A stretch of 63,640 nucleotides of DNA, counting the filler, from Globobulimina sp. (lineage: Eukaryota): assembly GCA_003354225.1 (NCBI GenBank). It is 52 parts of 52 records of this genome, joined end to end, with 100 filler letters (N's around TTAATTAATTAA, not from the genome) between each part and the next. Parts side by side here need not be neighbours in the genome. Positions count along the whole stretch, not along the records: positions 11,044 to 12,169 come from PIVH01022851.1; positions 12,270 to 13,395 come from PIVH01022852.1; positions 13,496 to 14,621 come from PIVH01022853.1; positions 14,722 to 15,847 come from PIVH01022854.1; positions 15,948 to 17,073 come from PIVH01022855.1; positions 17,174 to 18,299 come from PIVH01022856.1; positions 18,400 to 19,525 come from PIVH01022857.1; positions 19,626 to 20,751 come from PIVH01022858.1; 44 more parts are not named here. One strand, written 5' to 3'. Both the position numbers and the translations under genes were made by a program. Below, one piece after another: positions 11,164 through 23,303 of the stretch. Under the pieces are notes generated by a model. It ran no database searches, was not told the DNA's origin, and saw nothing but the letters and a program-made list of their open reading frames with translations. Every line of letters starts with the position of its first letter. Position 1 is the stretch's first letter.

Positions 11164-12084
11164 ATGTCGTCTGCAATATCTTTACTTTATTCTTCAACTA
11201 TTACTCTTTTTGTTGTTGGAACGTGTCTTCTAATCATTTGTCAAATATTAGTGGAAATCTACGGGAAACATAAAATAAAAGACAAGACAACAAAAGTATT
11301 AATATATGGATTGTATATATCAGCCTTTATATGCAATATTCTTGGCTACACTTTGCATCATAGCAAGCATACTCCATTATTTTGTGAAGCATATGGTTTC
11401 ACTTTTTGTGTTATTGTATATGGCGGATCTAAGTCATTTATGCTCGGATTTTTTATTCGCCGCGCAAAAAAAGCAAATGTTAATAGCAACAATAAATGTA
11501 AACAATTATTTTTTGACCGTATTGGTCCAATATATCCAGCCTTTTATTTCATTGTATTTACCTGTTTAGCTCTACTTCTTTTTAAAGGGGAGCCAGTGCC
11601 CATTGATGAGGCAAATGAGATTGGTTCATGGTGTGTTTTTTATGCATGGGAAGTATGGTTTATTACACTGTTTGATATCACTGATGTTTTTAATTGTGTC
11701 GCCACATTATTATTGTTCTTATTTCCTTTGTTAACATCTATAAAAAGATTAAAAACAAATGACAATCAAAATAACCATTTATTGTTGAAATTCTTAACCG
11801 CAATGAAATGGAATGTCGCTTTATCATTGGTAGCAACCATAACTTGTCTGATTACAGTAACTATTGTTCCATTCATCGGGGAATATATGTGGTTCGTTTG
11901 TATCGGTGATCCTTTTGTAAACGCACTTTGTGCATTTTTTATGCTGGCACCAAATCGCCAATTTGCATATGAACATTGTATCTGTGTTGATTCTGTTGGA
12001 GCAGAGGAAGAAATGGCCAGTAATATGCAAATCGTTGATATTGCACCTGATCCAACAGAATCAACACAAAAAAGTTCTCAATAA
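11164..12084 (+). CDS. Orphan 7-transmembrane (GPCR-like) protein
   Basis: Complete 306-aa ORF with seven hydrophobic segments and Cys in extracellular loops. Confidence 0.75.
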   Translation: MSSAISLLYSSTITLFVVGTCLLIICQILVEIYGKHKIKDKTTKVLIYGLYISAFICNILGYTLHHSKHTPLFCEAYGFTFCVIVYGGSKSFMLGFFIRRAKKANVNSNNKCKQLFFDRIGPIYPAFYFIVFTCLALLLFKGEPVPIDEANEIGSWCVFYAWEVWFITLFDITDVFNCVATLLLFLFPLLTSIKRLKTNDNQNNHLLLKFLTAMKWNVALSLVATITCLITVTIVPFIGEYMWFVCIGDPFVNALCAFFMLAPNRQFAYEHCICVDSVGAEEEMASNMQIVDIAPDPTESTQKSSQ

Positions 12085-12269
12085 CAAGAAATCATTCTTA
12101 TAGTAATATATTGTTCAGTTTTGTTGAGTTTTGTTGAGTTTTGTTATTTTTATCCTTTCTCATTATTTTNNNNNNNNNNNNNNNNNNNNNNNNNNNNNNN
12201 NNNNNNNNNNNNNTTAATTAATTAANNNNNNNNNNNNNNNNNNNNNNNNNNNNNNNNNNNNNNNNNNNN

Positions 12270-13395
12270 AAAAAAAAAGGATAAAAGACACCAAAATAAG
12301 TTATTAAAAAAGCAACTATCAACAAACTCATTCAAATTGGATGCTGAAAGTATTGAAAATAAAGAATTAAAAAACACACTAAAACGAAATGTAAAGAAAA
12401 TAAATAATATAACCAAAAAGAATGAATTATTAAAAGAAACCAATAAAAAATTACAAATTGAATTAGAACATATGAATATGAAATATGATAAAATTGACAA
12501 GCAATTAACCGATCACATTCGCGAAATTGAAGCCTATACAACAAAAATTATGCAACTAGAAAATGAGAGATATATATTACAGCAGCAGTTACATAATATA
12601 CCTAACACACAATTAGGTTGCTAAAAATCCCTAAATTTGATACACGATTCGAATATATGATGCAGAATTTTGTGTTGCTCACAAAGTATCGCTTGTTTTC
12701 AGCATTGTGATCAACATAAAATCCAGCAACAATATCAAAATATGTTAATTATATATAATATCTGTCCCCTTAGCATACAGTGCAGCATCATTGAGTGATT
12801 CGGAGGAGAAATCATTGGAATATCCGTCGACAAATCCGGCTTTGCACAGAGATAAAACAATAGATTTAAAATTAACATCAATGTTCAGCAGCGCACAAAC
12901 AGCGGTAAGGTCGCAACGTTCGAATAGTTTTAGTAGAAGTTCTGTTGTGTCTGCACTGTTACAAAGACAAGGATCAACAAAAAGAATCCAGAATTTGCCC
13001 ATTTCAGCCATCCAACAAACAGATAATATTTCCATATATAATGATTTTTATTATGATGACGAATTCGATATTGATACACGGCTTTTGAGTCAAAGTAATG
13101 CATCGATTGATCGCAGGTCGATTATTTCCTACATGTCAAATAATCCACAATTTGTATTCAATGCAGGTTCGAATTCGCCAACGGGCTATGACGGCATTGA
13201 CGAGGATGAATTTGAGAAATTGAAAATTGTTATGATTGATCAGCAGCATAAAATTGTAGAATTTGTAGAAATGGTTCATAGAGAAAAAATTGGATATGAC
13301 ATAAAAATAAATGTATTAAACGAGAAAAATGAGAATTTGAAGGAACAGTTGGCTGAAAAAGATATGATTATTAAAAAATGTACGCGGCAAAATTA
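12270..13395 (+). CDS. Coiled-coil protein, partial, intron 12617..12773
   Basis: Two heptad-rich ORFs join in frame through a GT..AG intron. Confidence 0.6.
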
Positions 13396-13495
13396 NNNNN
13401 NNNNNNNNNNNNNNNNNNNNNNNNNNNNNNNNNNNNNNNTTAATTAATTAANNNNNNNNNNNNNNNNNNNNNNNNNNNNNNNNNNNNNNNNNNNN

Positions 13496-13946
13496 CAACA
13501 CATTGGAAATATCAACTGATAAACAATATATTCGTCGGAAAGAGTTGTTTGATATTTATGAAAAAAATGAGAGTAAATCTCAAGAGTTAAGATTGAAAGG
13601 AAATGAATTATTTGCAGAGAAGAAATATGATGAGGCAGTTGTTGAATATTCGGATGCAATGAAATACAATGAATTTGATTATAGAATAGCAATGAATTTA
13701 AGTTTGACTTATTTAAAAATGAAAGATTATGATAAAGCATTAAGTTTTGCAAATAAAGCAATACGACAAAAGCCTTATTTTGCAAAACCATATGCGAGAG
13801 CTGCTTTGGTCTTATTTGAAATGAAACAAACACAAAAAGCGATTGCAACAATTGAGCATTCGATACAGTATCAACCAAATAATAAACAATGGAACGAATA
13901 TCGAAATAAATGGGAAAAGACTTTATATCCTTGCACTTATAAGTAA
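13496..13946 (+). CDS. TPR-repeat protein, 5' partial
   Basis: LRLKGNELFAEKKYDEAVVEYSDA, NLSLTYLKMKDYDKAL, KPYARAA. Confidence 0.9.
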
Positions 13947-13981
13947 AATATGCATTTGTTGCATGTTATAGTTAATTAATA

Positions 13982-14467
13982 TTACACTTGCAACCTGAAT
14001 ATGTCATTATGAATCCAAAATTTTGAGGTGCTGCCATTACTAGGAACAATATGAAGTGATTGAGAGAATTTTACCGGGTTTTTTATATCATCGAGACTCA
14101 AATCACCAGTCACAAATATCATCAATCCACCACAACCAGATGGCTGCACATCTATTGTTTTAGAATCATGTTTTATAGATTTTATTGGTAAATTCTGAGT
14201 ATTTTTGTGTTTTGTTTTCTTAATTTGGACATTACAAATTAAGGCAAAATGTTTAACTCTCAATTTATTCATAATCTTTTTAGCTCCTTGATATCCTTGA
14301 CCTTCATAGCTAAGACAGGATGGATCACGATAATATATTTCCAATTTAGTACGATCGTTTTGAAATAACTCGTAATATGTATTAACAAAACCACTTCCTA
14401 TTCCTTTGATATTTAATTTTGGTGCTGATGATTGATTTGCATCTTTTGATTCTTTTTTCTCTGACAT
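13982..14467 (-). CDS. NTF2: Nuclear transport factor 2, with 63-nt intron 14195..14257
   Basis: FVNTYYELF, LSYEG, IDVQPS, FVTGDL, FSQSLHI, WIHNDIFRL; splicing restores KLRNLPIKSIKH. Confidence 0.92.
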   Translation of the reverse strand: MSEKKESKDANQSSAPKLNIKGIGSGFVNTYYELFQNDRTKLEIYYRDPSCLSYEGQGYQGAKKIMNKLRVKHFALICNVQIKKTKHKNTQNLPIKSIKHDSKTIDVQPSGCGGLMIFVTGDLSLDDIKNPVKFSQSLHIVPSNGSTSKFWIHNDIFRLQV

Positions 14468-14799
14468 TATTTAAATGTTAAAAGTTTTTTAAAAAAATTA
14501 AATTAAAATTTCTGAAATCAACGTATCAATTCAATAGTATTAAAACATTAAAAAAATAACACTACTCTTGTTTTTTTAATTGTATTTCAACATTTTGGAA
14601 TACATTTTGCAGGGATTTTGTNNNNNNNNNNNNNNNNNNNNNNNNNNNNNNNNNNNNNNNNNNNNTTAATTAATTAANNNNNNNNNNNNNNNNNNNNNNN
14701 NNNNNNNNNNNNNNNNNNNNNAAATTAAATATTCGTAAAATATGAATGTGATTAACACAATTTGTATTAAAGAAAATAAAAATTGAATGTAAATAACAA

Positions 14800-15302
14800 C
14801 TAATTTCTTTACAAATGGTCCAGCGGTTGCCGCTGGTTTACAATGTCAAAGTGCGAATTTATATTATTTTGGAATAGCGTTTGAGCAAAAACATATTCAT
14901 AAATGTTTGAGCAAAACATATTGGAATCCATATCATAAATATTTACAATTTATATTGAATATGGTTGAGAATGGTAATGGTTTTGATGGTTGTTTAGAAT
15001 TTGTGCTACGAAGTGGTTTGCCCATTGGATATTACTCAAATGTGACATCGCTGAAACATTATCGCTGGAATAAGGTAAATATCCAAGGATCATTAGAAAT
15101 TGCTCAGTTACTCTCTAAAATACAAACTATAATTCATCAAAATAATGAGTTATTATTAAAGGATTCAACATGTTATGAAAAGAAATTAGTGCTTGATATG
15201 TCGGAATTGCATATGTATGCTGCACATAAAAAATTTCTCAAATTTTGGTTTAAGAATAAAAACTTATACAATGGAGATTCCTCAAAATTTATCATGTATT
15301 GA
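14800..15302 (+). CDS. Hypothetical protein, C-terminal part
   Basis: Open frame extends upstream of 14907; family not recognised. Confidence 0.4.
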
Positions 15303-16101
15303 CATTTAACGATTAAATATAGCTTGAATATAAATCTTTTCGTCCAATGAATAAAAATGAAAACCCAGTGACTAATTTACTGTGAAACCATGTCTGTTCG
15401 TTCAAAAAGAACATTTAAATCACAAAAATCACAAAAATCATCTCGAACCAGTCGGACCACCAAAACAAACCAAACCCGGCGTACCCAAACTTCTTCAAAA
15501 CACTATTGGTTGTTGGATAGAATGGAGTAGGAAGGAACACTAAAAAGTTTGAGAATTCATGAAATCGCTACATGCACAGCGATACCAATAAAAAAAATTC
15601 GAAATTGATTATTTTTTGCGATGCTGCTTGTTATCCATTATAAAAAATAAACTTTGCATACTATGCATCAACAAGGAATAATTGGAATAATTCAAGAATA
15701 AAATTTACAAAATGTCTATTATCAAATTAAAATATTTTATATTTCAGCCAACCTCCTTTTGGTCCCTCTTTTTTTTGTTTTTGTTTTCGATTTGGATCTT
15801 GATTTTGATCTCGCTCTCCTCAGTTCATTCTGTTTGTATTTGCTCTGNNNNNNNNNNNNNNNNNNNNNNNNNNNNNNNNNNNNNNNNNNNNTTAATTAAT
15901 TAANNNNNNNNNNNNNNNNNNNNNNNNNNNNNNNNNNNNNNNNNNNNCACCATAGGAAATACCTCATTTTCTCCCACAATGTTCCAATGCATAGATAATG
16001 AATGCAAACATGGGTCGAAATGAGCGCAGCAATATTCGTTATACGGCCGCAACCGCAATTTTCTGAGAAAAAAAATCAGTTTCAAACTGAAAAAAGATAA
16101 T

Positions 16102-16734
16102 TCATTTCACCACATAGCAAAAAAATCGATTGCAATGTAAGCGAAAAATAACGTTTCTGATTTGTTTACAAAACTTAATTTGAGTATGTTGCACATGCAA
16201 AGTTTGAGAATCCGCGTCACCGTCACCTTCACTGTCACTGTCAGCGTCTTCCAATGATAAATTGGGCGGAAAATACACATTTTTCAACGATAATTTCTGT
16301 AAACTCAATCCATGCAACAATAAACTTGTAATTTTGCCCGGAAGCATCAAAGGAATATCATAATACGTATTGTGTTGCAGTTGGATGGTATTTATGCAAT
16401 GTTTGTAGGCATTCAATAAGCGATATAATTGTTGGTCATAATAGTGATTATTCGCAGAGATAATATCAAGTGTCTCATTACCACCAGCCGTTAGAATGTA
16501 TAATTTCTGTATATTTGGTATCAATTTTGGCAAATATTGGATCAAATAATTGAACCTATCGTATAAATAAATCGCTTTAATCTTTGGGAAATTACATCTC
16601 TTTAATAATTGAATGGTATCGTAATTGAATATGTTTATAAAATGAATCTCGCGTAAATAACGAAAGCGATCCAACATATTACGTTTATTGCCGTCTTTGA
16701 TTAGTTTGTGACATTCACTGTGAATGGCAGTGCC
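16102..16734 (-). CDS. Eukaryote-like, LRR-like hypothetical protein fragment in frame with IF3-N
   Basis: FRYLREIHFIN, FPKIKAIYLYD, IPNIQKLYIL LRR-like periodicity. Confidence 0.45.
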   Translation of the reverse strand, partial: GTAIHSECHKLIKDGNKRNMLDRFRYLREIHFINIFNYDTIQLLKRCNFPKIKAIYLYDRFNYLIQYLPKLIPNIQKLYILTAGGNETLDIISANNHYYDQQLYRLLNAYKHCINTIQLQHNTYYDIPLMLPGKITSLLLHGLSLQKLSLKNVYFPPNLSLEDADSDSEGDGDADSQTLHVQHTQIKFCKQIRNVIFRLHCNRFFCYVVK

Positions 16735-16968
16735 AAAAATAAATTTGCCATGATCCATCACACGACATACTGGAGGATTCGCTGTCGGCGCAATCTCCAC
16801 TAGATCCATTTCACTTTCATTAGCCAGCCTTTTGGCATCTGCAAGGCCCATAATCCCTGCTTGTTCCCCATCTGCGCCAATCACTCGAAGTTCTTTGGCT
16901 ATAATATCGTCGTTTATACGGGTTTTGTTTGATTTAGATTTATCAAACTGTCTTCTTGGGGCTGCGAT
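16735..16968 (-). CDS. infC: Translation initiation factor IF-3 N-terminal domain, bacterial, ATC start, truncated by a junction
   Basis: RINDDIIAKELRVIGADGEQAGIM...DLVEIAPTANPPVCRVMDHGKF; AGGAG 9 nt upstream of an in-frame ATC. Confidence 0.93.
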
Positions 16969-16977
16969 GGGTTGTAT

Positions 16978-16982
16978 CTCCT
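16978..16982 (-). promoter_or_regulatory. Shine-Dalgarno sequence AGGAG of infC
   Basis: Spacing of 9 nt to the ATC codon at 16968. Confidence 0.8.
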
Positions 16983-17173
16983 AAAAGTTGGCCATTTATT
17001 CAATGTAACATTGTATCTATACAATATTCTCTTATACGAAAATTGTATAATTTACTGAACGCAGTATTCTATTNNNNNNNNNNNNNNNNNNNNNNNNNNN
17101 NNNNNNNNNNNNNNNNNTTAATTAATTAANNNNNNNNNNNNNNNNNNNNNNNNNNNNNNNNNNNNNNNNNNNN

Positions 17174-17263
17174 ATATTAGTACTAAAATATATATTAGCC
17201 CTTGACAGCTCCACCATTTACAAAATATATGATTAGATAAAATATATATTTTAGTACTAATAT
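17174..17263. repeat. Perfect 23-bp inverted repeat with 44-bp spacer
   Basis: ATATTAGTACTAAAATATATATT (17174-17196) and its reverse complement at 17241-17263. Confidence 0.9.
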
Positions 17264-17394
17264 GCGTACCTCTTATCCGGAACACTACTGTAGACAGAAA
17301 ACTTCAGTAAAATAAAACAAATAGAGCCTAGACAAAGGGCACAGAAAAAGAGAATAAGAGAAACAAAGGATTGTGACAAAGAAGACAATGGAAA

Positions 17395-18299
17395 TTATTT
17401 GTGAATCTGTAATCGTGTGGTGCCAATAACAAATGCTACAATAGATTGTAGTATCAACTTTCGATGTTTCCATCTTATACTAATCGGTGGAAATAATAAC
17501 GTTTTCAATTCAATTATACATTTAATATCAATATAATAGGGACAAATAATTGTAAACAATTTTAGTCGAAGATCATCATAATGCGGACAATGCATTATTA
17601 TATGAGCAACATCTTCAATTCCATCACAGTGACGGCAACGGCCACTATTATTTGCAAGACAGCATTGTAAATCGCAACGAAAGTATTGTATGTGTCCTTT
17701 GTTTAGGTCTCTATGGCGATTATAATAAGCGCGATGTTGCCGAATGTGATAGTATAAATTCAATGGAATATGTCCGGAGCGTAGTTGCAGTAAAACTGCA
17801 GATTGATATTGAAGTAAATGGAGCTCAATTTTCGCATTGAAATGATGTAAAATGTAATGCCGCCAAAGATAGATATTATAAGAAATTAAATGATTACTAA
17901 TCAAATCAGAGATATTATTCTTGTGTTTCATTGTAGTAATCGTGGATTCCGCCAACCTCTTTGCAGTGCGTTCGGAGAGGGGTAGTTTCGGCAATTTGTG
18001 CCTATCAAAATCAGTGTAACAGCTATTGGCAGCTTGCTTTGCCAAAATATCAGCAATCCGAATACCGTGATTTGTGTCACGTTTGCATTTCTGAAGACGC
18101 AGTGTAATGTGATAGAGATCATGCAGAATATCAATGCATTTATGGATACGTTTAACATCAGTTGCGATTTTGCAATCCATCGCAATGCATTTAAACTGTC
18201 AGAAATAAGGTAAATATGTCGGTACATAGACAGAAACGACGGCGGCAAGCGCGATATCTGTTGTATCACTGTCAAAATACCAAATTTTCTACCAATTTT
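17395..18299 (-). mobile_element. Non-LTR retrotransposon 3' region: RNase H plus C-terminal CCHC knuckle, frameshifted near 18175
   Basis: IYLISDSLNALRWI, HGIRIADILAKQAA, LLQLRSGHIPLN, CRHCDGIEDVAHIIMHCPHY. Confidence 0.85.
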
Positions 18300-18399
18300 N
18301 NNNNNNNNNNNNNNNNNNNNNNNNNNNNNNNNNNNNNNNNNNNTTAATTAATTAANNNNNNNNNNNNNNNNNNNNNNNNNNNNNNNNNNNNNNNNNNNN

Positions 18400-19131
18400 A
18401 CGACCTAAATAAAGAAAATATTTTTTATCTTCATATGTTGGCACGAAATAATCGGCATTAATGAAATTAGGGATAAAAACCACCTTCTCTGCGGGAAAAC
18501 CGTACTCAATAAATTTATCCCTGATAAATCTGCTCACACCAATGTATGTATCTACTTTATTTAGATATTTTTTTGTTAAGAAGTTAAAGTATGTTTCCAT
18601 TGAATAAACAGTAGAATATAATAAATTACCGTGTACACATCGATTTTGAATAGCTTTATAATACCGATGAGTTTTGCAATCTTCACATATCCGATCACCA
18701 TCGAGAAAATGATAGTTGGGACATATGAATTTGTAATCATGCAGCGTTAGTACCACGGGAATTCCGTGGGCTTTTAGTACGTCAAGCACCGATGTGGTTA
18801 AATGCGTATATATGTTGTGTGCATGAGCAATGTTTGGGGTTTCTTGGAGTAATAGATTTTCAAGGTATTTTTTTGTCTGACGGGAATAAATGATGCCCAA
18901 GGCACTGGCCAGCGATTTCAGTGAGTAACCACCGGAAAAATCCAGCTCCGGAGGAAAAAAACGATGATACTCTGTTTCTTTGTCATTACCCGACCGCCGG
19001 GCAAAGGGAATGACCTGGTGGCCATTCTTCTCCATTATGTCCATCTCCGCCATACATACCCTCTCCGAACCACCCTTAAGATAATGACGGCTATTCAGAA
19101 AAAGAAGTTTAAATTTTTCCTTAGTGCTCAC
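18400..19131 (-). CDS. Bacterial GT4 family glycosyltransferase, 3' partial
   Basis: GGSERV, PNIAHAHNIY, VVLTLHDYKFICP, VSRFIRDK, FLYLGR. Confidence 0.93.
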
Positions 19132-19174
19132 TTTGCAGTCCTTTTGTATATCGCCATAATTCGTTCATAGAACG

Positions 19175-19525
19175 TCATTTCCTGGTTTTAATAACTTTCA
19201 CCGGCACACCGCCAGCAATGGCATAATCAGGAAGGTCATGATTGACGACGGAACCTGCAGCCACAATCACGCCATTACCGATGGTGACACCGTCCAGAAT
19301 CACAACTTTCGCCCCGATCCAACAATCACAACCGATTTTAATGCCTTCCCTGGTTGCCCCCTGCAGACGTATAGGCTTATCCATGCTGGTGAATACATGA
19401 TTTTCCGCATGGATACTGATTCCTGGCCCGATGATGGTATTGTCGCCAATCTCGAGGCTTCCTCTGACAGCCATAAAGGCATTTGCAGCAATACCCACAT
19501 TGTTACCAATGATGAGTCCCTCCCC
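19175..19525 (-). CDS. Hexapeptide-repeat (LbH) O-acetyltransferase, 5' partial
   Basis: [33 protein letters not shown]...GGVPVKVIK. Confidence 0.93.
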   Translation of the reverse strand, partial: GEGLIIGNNVGIAANAFMAVRGSLEIGDNTIIGPGISIHAENHVFTSMDKPIRLQGATREGIKIGCDCWIGAKVVILDGVTIGNGVIVAAGSVVNHDLPDYAIAGGVPVKVIKTRK

Positions 19526-19671
19526 NNNNNNNNNNNNNNNNNNNNNNNNNNNNNNNNNNNNNNNNNNNNTTAATTAATTAANNNNNNNNNNNNNNNNNNN
19601 NNNNNNNNNNNNNNNNNNNNNNNNNTAATGTCACACTCCTCAGTGATTCTCGTTGAACAATTAAACAACAG

Positions 19672-20198
<527 letters not shown>

Positions 20199-20851
20199 CA
20201 TATAACATATTTTTTAAGCATACACAATTTCCAATTTTGTCTAACAAACTTACGGTTAAATGATGCCTTGCTCGATTTAACCATTTTGGTTTGCCTTGGA
20301 ATTATTGTTTAATTTGATTTCAACATTGAATTCGTTTCATTGTCATTCAAGAAATTTACAGTCTAACTATAACCGCTTTTTCTTTGCGGAATTGAGGTTT
20401 TAAAAGATGACACTTGCAAAAAAACGTTATTTGGAAAACTACAGAAAAGTGTGCTTTACCAAGGAGCTCCAAAATTAAATTTCAATGTATTTGAATGAAT
20501 CTATGCAATGAACGAGCATTAAAGAATTGATCAACACTGCAACAATCACAAAAACACAAAAAGAAGCATAGCAAAATTAAAACATGCACTTTATCTAATT
20601 TCATGAGAATGAGAAGACCATTTTCTTTGTACACAACGAGTATTTGATTGTTGATATCGTTTAACATGGTAATAATGCTCACATTCATCCGTTGTATCTT
20701 TATTTTTCATTTTTTTGTATTTATTTCGTTTAAGAATTTTTTTATATTTTTNNNNNNNNNNNNNNNNNNNNNNNNNNNNNNNNNNNNNNNNNNNNTTAAT
20801 TAATTAANNNNNNNNNNNNNNNNNNNNNNNNNNNNNNNNNNNNNNNNNNNN

Positions 20852-21578
20852 CATCAATCAGTAAATATGTATTTTCGTGTCCACTTTCCGACTGATTACC
20901 AAATCCTATGATATAATGTGTATACGTTTTTGTATAATTTTTCCTATGATATTTAAAGGAGGACTCACAGTGATAAATATTTGCCTCACTTAATTGCTTT
21001 GAGCGATCACCAGAACGTACGCGAAATAAAAACATATTGGGATCGCGATGTTCTTTCTCAATGTTGGAGATTTTTATGGAGGTAAAAGCACCAAAAACAG
21101 GCAATTTGGTCGTCTGTGTATTTGATAACGGTTCGATAATAAACAGTGTATAGTCATATTTATTACATTTTCGATGGAACGCATCAGCGGTATACCCGTG
21201 CTGCGAGGCTCTAAATATTAATTTAAAAGTAATGGATTTATTTTGTAAATGCCTTTGTAATACTTGGAGTAATGAATATTTTTCTTTTGTGGTCAATATG
21301 GTTGAGTTGAATGGGTATTGTAAATCTAAATTATTTATCTTTTTTGAGTCCTCACCCAAATATTTCATACACAAAAATTTTAAGTCAGCTGGTAATTTTT
21401 GGAGGTACAATTTTAACACAAATCGTGCGATCTTTTCTGGTGACATTTCGCCGATGGAATTCCATTCGTTCAGTTTATCAAAGAATTGGTCACAGCGTTC
21501 TTGATCGTTGGTATCTGAGTCTTCTGTATCTGAACTGTCTGCAAGTTCATGGGTATAGATTCTGTGACATTGTCCCAT
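20852..21578 (-). CDS. TLDc-domain protein, 3' partial
   Basis: STILT, KLIFRASQHGYTADAFHRKCN, VFGAFTS, DPNMFLF. Confidence 0.9.
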
Positions 21579-22077
21579 GTTTCACCAATTTAACTAAAAC
21601 TTTTAGTATTCTTGCTTTGAAAATACTCAAATACATTAATACATCAATTAATTAAAGCGTTGTTTTAAAATCATTAGAATCAGATCGTGGTTGCTGGAGT
21701 CATTATTGTGCAGATGGTGCATATGCCACTGGTTTCGCATTGAAGGTACAAACACCAGCTGGCAGCCAATATGACTCACCGAGGCAATATGCGGTGGAGT
21801 CGATTATGTGGTCACAAAAATGCGTTGTATTTGGATGATAAAATTGACAAACATTTGGAAACAACATATTTTGGTCTAAAATTGATATGAAAAACATGGA
21901 GATATTCGACGATGACAAGGATAAAAAGAATAAAATTGGCTGAGCCGTTTTTATGCAATTTACCGGCGGTGGACGAGNNNNNNNNNNNNNNNNNNNNNNN
22001 NNNNNNNNNNNNNNNNNNNNNTTAATTAATTAANNNNNNNNNNNNNNNNNNNNNNNNNNNNNNNNNNNNNNNNNNNN

Positions 22078-22245
22078 AATTGAATCATCAAACTCGCCTT
22101 TTGCAGCACCAATATCGGCAGATCCCATATTATTGCTGGAGATATATGCGCTTATGCCGTACTTTTTTTCTTCCTGAGCAAAGCTTGTGTGGCAATAAAA
22201 AAGCAGAAGATTAATAATAAAAATAAGTACAAAGTTCTTTTTCAT
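22078..22245 (-). CDS. Bacterial exported protein, N-terminus only
   Basis: GAGG RBS, MKKNFVLIF...SFAQ signal peptide. Confidence 0.75.
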
Positions 22246-22298
22246 ATTTTCCTCACTGGATCAGATTTCTCATCAAATGTATAGCTTTTTTAATGTGG

Positions 22299-23203
22299 TT
22301 AGTTACAGTTTTCAGTGTTCGTGATATACAGAGGAAGAATTTCGTGATTCGAATCATTACAGTCTGTCAGCCTGTAAAGAGCACCATCTATAATATATTG
22401 ACCATTGGCCGTAGATCCCGGGTTGTAGGAAAAGCCATCTCCGTCAAAATCACGCTATGGATCATGTTCTCACATATATTCAACATCGGCAGGTACTATA
22501 TGGACCCCAATGTTTTCATCGTTTATCACTTGGATAAACTCTTCAGCAATAAACGCATAGCCGGTATAAGACGGATGATAGCCGTCAAGACTGAAGAAGC
22601 CTCTTCCATAGGTTCTGACAATAACATCCGGATCTTCATTCGACGCTTCCTGGTCGTCAAACCAGTCGTCCTGGCGGTTTGAGATTTCAATTGCGATGTT
22701 TCTCTGTAGTTTGTTGAACAGACCGCTCGCGTTGTCTTCAGCGTTCAAATACACGAGCGTTACGTTGGAATTTGCATCAGCCAGATCGTTTATGTGATCA
22801 TTAATGTCGTCAACTCTGTCATTGATAAGGTCGGCTTCAATACCATCCAAAATATTTGAATCAACCGCAGCCGTATCACTGACTTTTGCAATAAGTGAGG
22901 CGTTATCGCTATTCAGTACATTGGCAATGCAGTTTTGAGATATCAGGTTAAGGTTTATGGGATGTGGCACTGACAAGTTGAGAAAGGGGCCGAATCCAAC
23001 AAATTCTCCTGATTCTAGCGTTTCAACTATTGGGTTTTCAAAACTGGCAAGAAATTCAATGTCTGTATTGTTAAAAAGTGCGCCAAATGAATTGATATAC
23101 GGAATATTGGCGATAAAGATGTGGCTGTTGGGTATTTCTTTCAGGGTGTCAACAATATTGTCCAGGTTGGCTGTAACAGAGACAAGATCATGTCCTTCTT
23201 CTG
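22299..23203 (-). pseudogene. Bacterial SGNH/GDSL hydrolase, 5' partial, with in-frame TGA (22470-22472) and TAG (22455-22457) before a DxDGDG...DCND tail
   Basis: HIFIANIPY and FFSLDGYHPSYTGYAFIA motifs; same frame continues YM*EHDP*RDFDGDGF...LTDCNDSNHEI...ENCN*. Confidence 0.75.
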
Positions 23204-23303
23204 NNNNNNNNNNNNNNNNNNNNNNNNNNNNNNNNNNNNNNNNNNNNTTAATTAATTAANNNNNNNNNNNNNNNNNNNNNNNNNNNNNNNNNNNNNNNNN
23301 NNN

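Noticed and set aside
22293..23203. Plus-strand ORFs 22293..22682 and 22957 onward
   Set aside because: Antisense to the SGNH hydrolase, which carries the recognisable motifs.
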